This document shows positions 60,401-64,000 of a stretch of 64,000 bases of DNA, in pieces. Position numbers and translations under genes: made by a program. How positions within the stretch are numbered: the first letter of the stretch is position 1; each line of letters starts with the position of its first letter. Origin of the DNA: Balanoglossus misakiensis (taxonomy: Eukaryota > Animalia > Hemichordata); NCBI GenBank assembly GCA_040954595.2, contig CM082585.2, positions 7,465,808 to 7,529,807 on the forward strand, in the 5' to 3' direction. The notes under the pieces were generated by a model. The model saw only the letters and a list, made by a program, of their open reading frames with translations. It searched no databases and was not told the DNA's origin.

Positions 60401-61078
60401 TGAGAGGCAGGAAACGACAGTACCGTGCTTGTTTTACACACAACGCTCCATCACAGAGGGTACCGCGGGTAATAGACCCTGTGAATTGCCCGAGCTGATT
60501 GGACGACACCGTGATTGTCGCTATAGTAACTGTCACACCCTTGTAATCCTGACTGACGTCAGTTAGTAGACCCCCAACGTTGATCACAATCCCTGGGAAA
60601 GTACGTCAAGTACGTTTTTGATATTATTGCGCGTGAGATCAAAACATATACATTCGGGCAAAACTGGACGGCCTCCATGAGATTACAGAGATATGATGGA
60701 AGATATTGATTGAATTTATAATCTCTGGCTGTGCATATATGAGATTGTTTATTCTAGAAGTAAATTTTGAGAACTACTTTTTGAAACGCGCAACGTTATG
60801 TACTATTAACTCTGTTGTGAATGGTATACGTTTTGACTGGAATCATTTTCATAATCTCTTTAATGTGTACACAGTTGAAGCACTCTGTATGTATGGTGTA
60901 TCGCCCGAGTTTACTGTGAGCAATATCACACGACGCATTGAAAATCGCGGATGACACACACGTAGCCGATATCACAACACCATTTTCCGTCAAAGGTTGA
61001 TTTTGTCCGCGCCGACAAAGTTATACCGTGGACTGGTCTTCCCTTGCTTAACTTAACCACTTGGGACAATCACCCAAA

Positions 61079-61533
61079 ATGGATCCTAATGGACACCAAG
61101 TTATTCACGTCAGGGGCGATTCTGACACCGATTTGGAGGAACTTTTCCGGGCTGTGATGAACCCGACGAAAGAAGCCCTCCCGTCGCCGAGCCAAGTGCC
61201 TCTCCGGATGAGAAAGTTGCCACCTTCCTTCTTCAAGGAGCCGGACAAGCCGCTGATGAAGCCGCCGTCGGCGAGTCACTCGAGAGAATCCAGCGCCGAC
61301 TCCAGTACCCCAACTGGGCCATTTGGCGGACAGAACTTAGGGCTACCCATTAGCCATTCAAGGGGGTCACACTCCAGCCCGGCAAGTTTACAACAAATGC
61401 ACGCGGCTGCACAACAGACTGTAAGTGCACAACATGCACGCCATCAGAGTTTCGATGTGTCGCTCGATGACTTGCCTTTTCCACCAGGTTGGGAGGTCGC
61501 CAGGACACCATCGGGTCAACGCTATTTTCTTAA
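61079..61533 (+). CDS. YAP1: YAP/Yorkie transcriptional coactivator, first coding exon (TEAD-binding domain, LATS sites, start of WW1); no further exon recognised in the window
   Basis: MDP..GHQVIHVRGDSDTDLEELFRAVMNP, VPLRMRKLPPSFFKEP, HSRESS, HSSPASLQ, HARHQS, PPGWEVARTPSGQRYFL; phase-2 donor AA|GTAAGT. Confidence 0.96.
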
Positions 61534-64000
61534 GTAAGTATCAACTGTTTATAACTTTAAGTTACGTTATACGCAAATGTCCACCACCGTTTTTATTTGA
61601 GGATTTTCAGTAGTTTCATTTTATCACCAGACTTCATATTAGAAACCCACTCCGGATCACATTGTTATGTTTGGTAGGTTCGATGACTAAGAAGTCTTAT
61701 TTTGGCGTGTCTCTCTGAACTCTCAAAACACTGGCGAAGTTTATGCGGAACAAAATGGCGTCCGATGTCTATTACGTCGGATTGTTTGTAAAAGTTGTAA
61801 ACAGAACTCCTCACCTCGGTCGAGTTTGAGTGACGCGAACCATATGTGACTTGACTGTTTATCATTAATATTGGCCCGGGGTGTCGTTGGTGATTTCTTC
61901 CCCATATTGCTGTATGATCATCTATATAAAGCTGAGCAGTTTTACGTGTCACTCACCGATAACTGAGGCCGCAGAGGAGGTCCCAATCGAACTCCTCTTT
62001 TTTTCTGGCGCAGTTCTTGTGTGAAAATTGTGTGATGGTAAAAGACGACTGGACATCGGATTATTTTGAATAACAGTCCGATGGAAACTTGTTTATTATC
62101 TGTACGTATTTCTGTCGTCGTCTCGTACAAAGAAGCTATACACACCAACTTTTTCCCCCCCGTTCAGTGTGTGATACGGTCTCTCAAGTTTTCAGGAGTA
62201 ATGACGTATAGCGGGCTATCACATTACACCCCCGTCTGTAGGAAGGTTTTTCTGTCCATTTATGTCGATAGTCCAGACTCCGCACGGTATTATTTTTAAA
62301 CATTAACGGTGAAACCGATGCTGGCTGGGATTTGTAAGCGATTTGCCCAATCTGGGATGAGTGACCGGATCAGTATGAACACAGACGACCAGGGGAATCG
62401 AGGAAGACTGAAAAAAAATAAAGTTGACTTAAACTCTGAGAGGTGAGAGAGCACGACCTTTGACCTCACAGCGTTAAAGTCCTGATGTAACCAACATCTT
62501 AACGGTTCAACCTGTCAGTTTTCAAGCCCGGTGATTATTATTCCATTAAGCGTGATGCATTAACAAGTACAAAGGCAGTTACTGTATTAATCTTAAGGGA
62601 GATGTTTTTTTTTTCAAGTTGGTAAGTCAGCATGTGATTTTCCCGACACTTGATTGATAAGTCATGGTCTGTCAGCCAAGGGTAAAGACCAGTACAAAAA
62701 CACAAGATATACAACACATTGTCCTGTAAGGAAGTTGTATTGGAGATATTGTATCCTGTTGTATTTCCACATATGATAGATACTTCCTGTCAATATCCCA
62801 GTATTGAATTGTGTGTATTGTTCGGGTCCAATATTAGGTGAAGTTTATTCCCTCTCTGTAAAAGCTGTCCCCTGTAAAGGAAAAGTTTTTCTGCAACTTT
62901 TAAGATAAGACGTTTTCATGGAAAGAAGTCTGATTTTTTTTAGCACGTTCACTTTTATATGACTTTAGGTTTCCCTTGCGTACTACACACAATTTAATTT
63001 GCCCTTGTTGGTGATACTTTGCTTCTTGCAAACACCAGGAAATAGGCAATTGTCCCAAAGAGGCAAATAAAGATAGAATTTAAAAAGGTCAATCTCTGAC
63101 TGATACTCACTGTGTTTGTTAATACAGTTATAGAATCAGAACACAAAGGACATTTTCACATCAGGTTTGGGAAAAAACAATTTTGAAGAGTGTTGTCAAA
63201 CAGATTATAAATAATTGGTTGGCTAATAATTGGCCGAAGATTACCCTGATTATGTTTCTTTGAAATTCAAATGTAGATTCAATAAAATAGGTGCCTGTAT
63301 CAATTTATTTAACTGTCAAGTGTTTGTTCATTAGCATAATCAAAGAAACTCTTATGTGAGGATTTCTCACACAAGTAGGAGTCAGTCAAAAGCACACTTT
63401 GTCAGAGTGTGTTGTTAAAGTCGGCCAAATGTAGTAAGTTTGGTCAACCGAAAAATATGTGCCAAGTCGAGTAAATATTTCTACTAGAATGGAATTCCTA
63501 CCTGTCGTTTGTATTTCCCTTGGCCTGGGTCCTAGTACCAGTGTACTTGTATCATTGTATGCTTGTAAAATATTGTTATTTGCGAAGATTTACTGTGAGA
63601 AAGGTCACAAGGAGGGGACAGCTTATTTAGAAAAAAAAAGAATTTCAACAAACTATGGTGGAATTAAAGAAAGTGGACAATTAGTGGATGATTTAAAATA
63701 TAAAAAATAAAATGCTTGCTTTGACAAAGAAGAGTGGGAAATGTTAAAAATGTCAAGTTTTCTTGCGCAGAAAACAAAAGACTAAGCATTTCATATCTAT
63801 GTATTTATTTATAAAAAAGTTAAAATCAGCTGAGAAATGAAGTTCTTCTCTGAAGATAAAGCAGACAAAATTTCTGTGTTTGTGAGAACTTATATTCTGG
63901 GAAGAAGGGTTTTCTGATATATGGCGCGAGTACCCTGCCCTAAATGTGGTAAAAATGATCTAACGTCCCGTTTGTGATTTAAAGATGTCATGTCTCAAAT

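Overview
Intron-rich animal genomic DNA. An invertebrate deuterostome such as a hemichordate or echinoderm is plausible, but that is inference only. Three protein-coding genes can be rebuilt by hand from GT-AG sites and intron phases. (1) A complete 12-coding-exon K+-dependent Na+/Ca2+ exchanger (NCKX/SLC24, ~691 aa, + strand, 17036-27190). (2) A convergent 6-exon gene (- strand, 55239-32361) encoding a ~4320-aa secreted protein. It has a signal peptide, a Cys-flanked Ile/Val heptad coiled coil, a ~4000-aa Ser/Thr-rich stalk encoded by one 12,188-bp exon (an acidic SG[D/E]-rich proteoglycan-like half, then a Pro-rich repeat half) and a C-terminal fibrinogen-related domain. (3) The first coding exon of a YAP/Yorkie gene (+ strand, 61079-61533), whose S127-equivalent LATS/14-3-3 motif carries a one-residue insertion. 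The rest is non-coding: microsatellites, small non-autonomous DNA transposons (TTAA-flanked and 9-bp-TSD types), an RFX X-box cluster upstream of NCKX and a CCAAT-rich degenerate repeat. No tRNA, rRNA, CRISPR or prokaryotic systems were seen.
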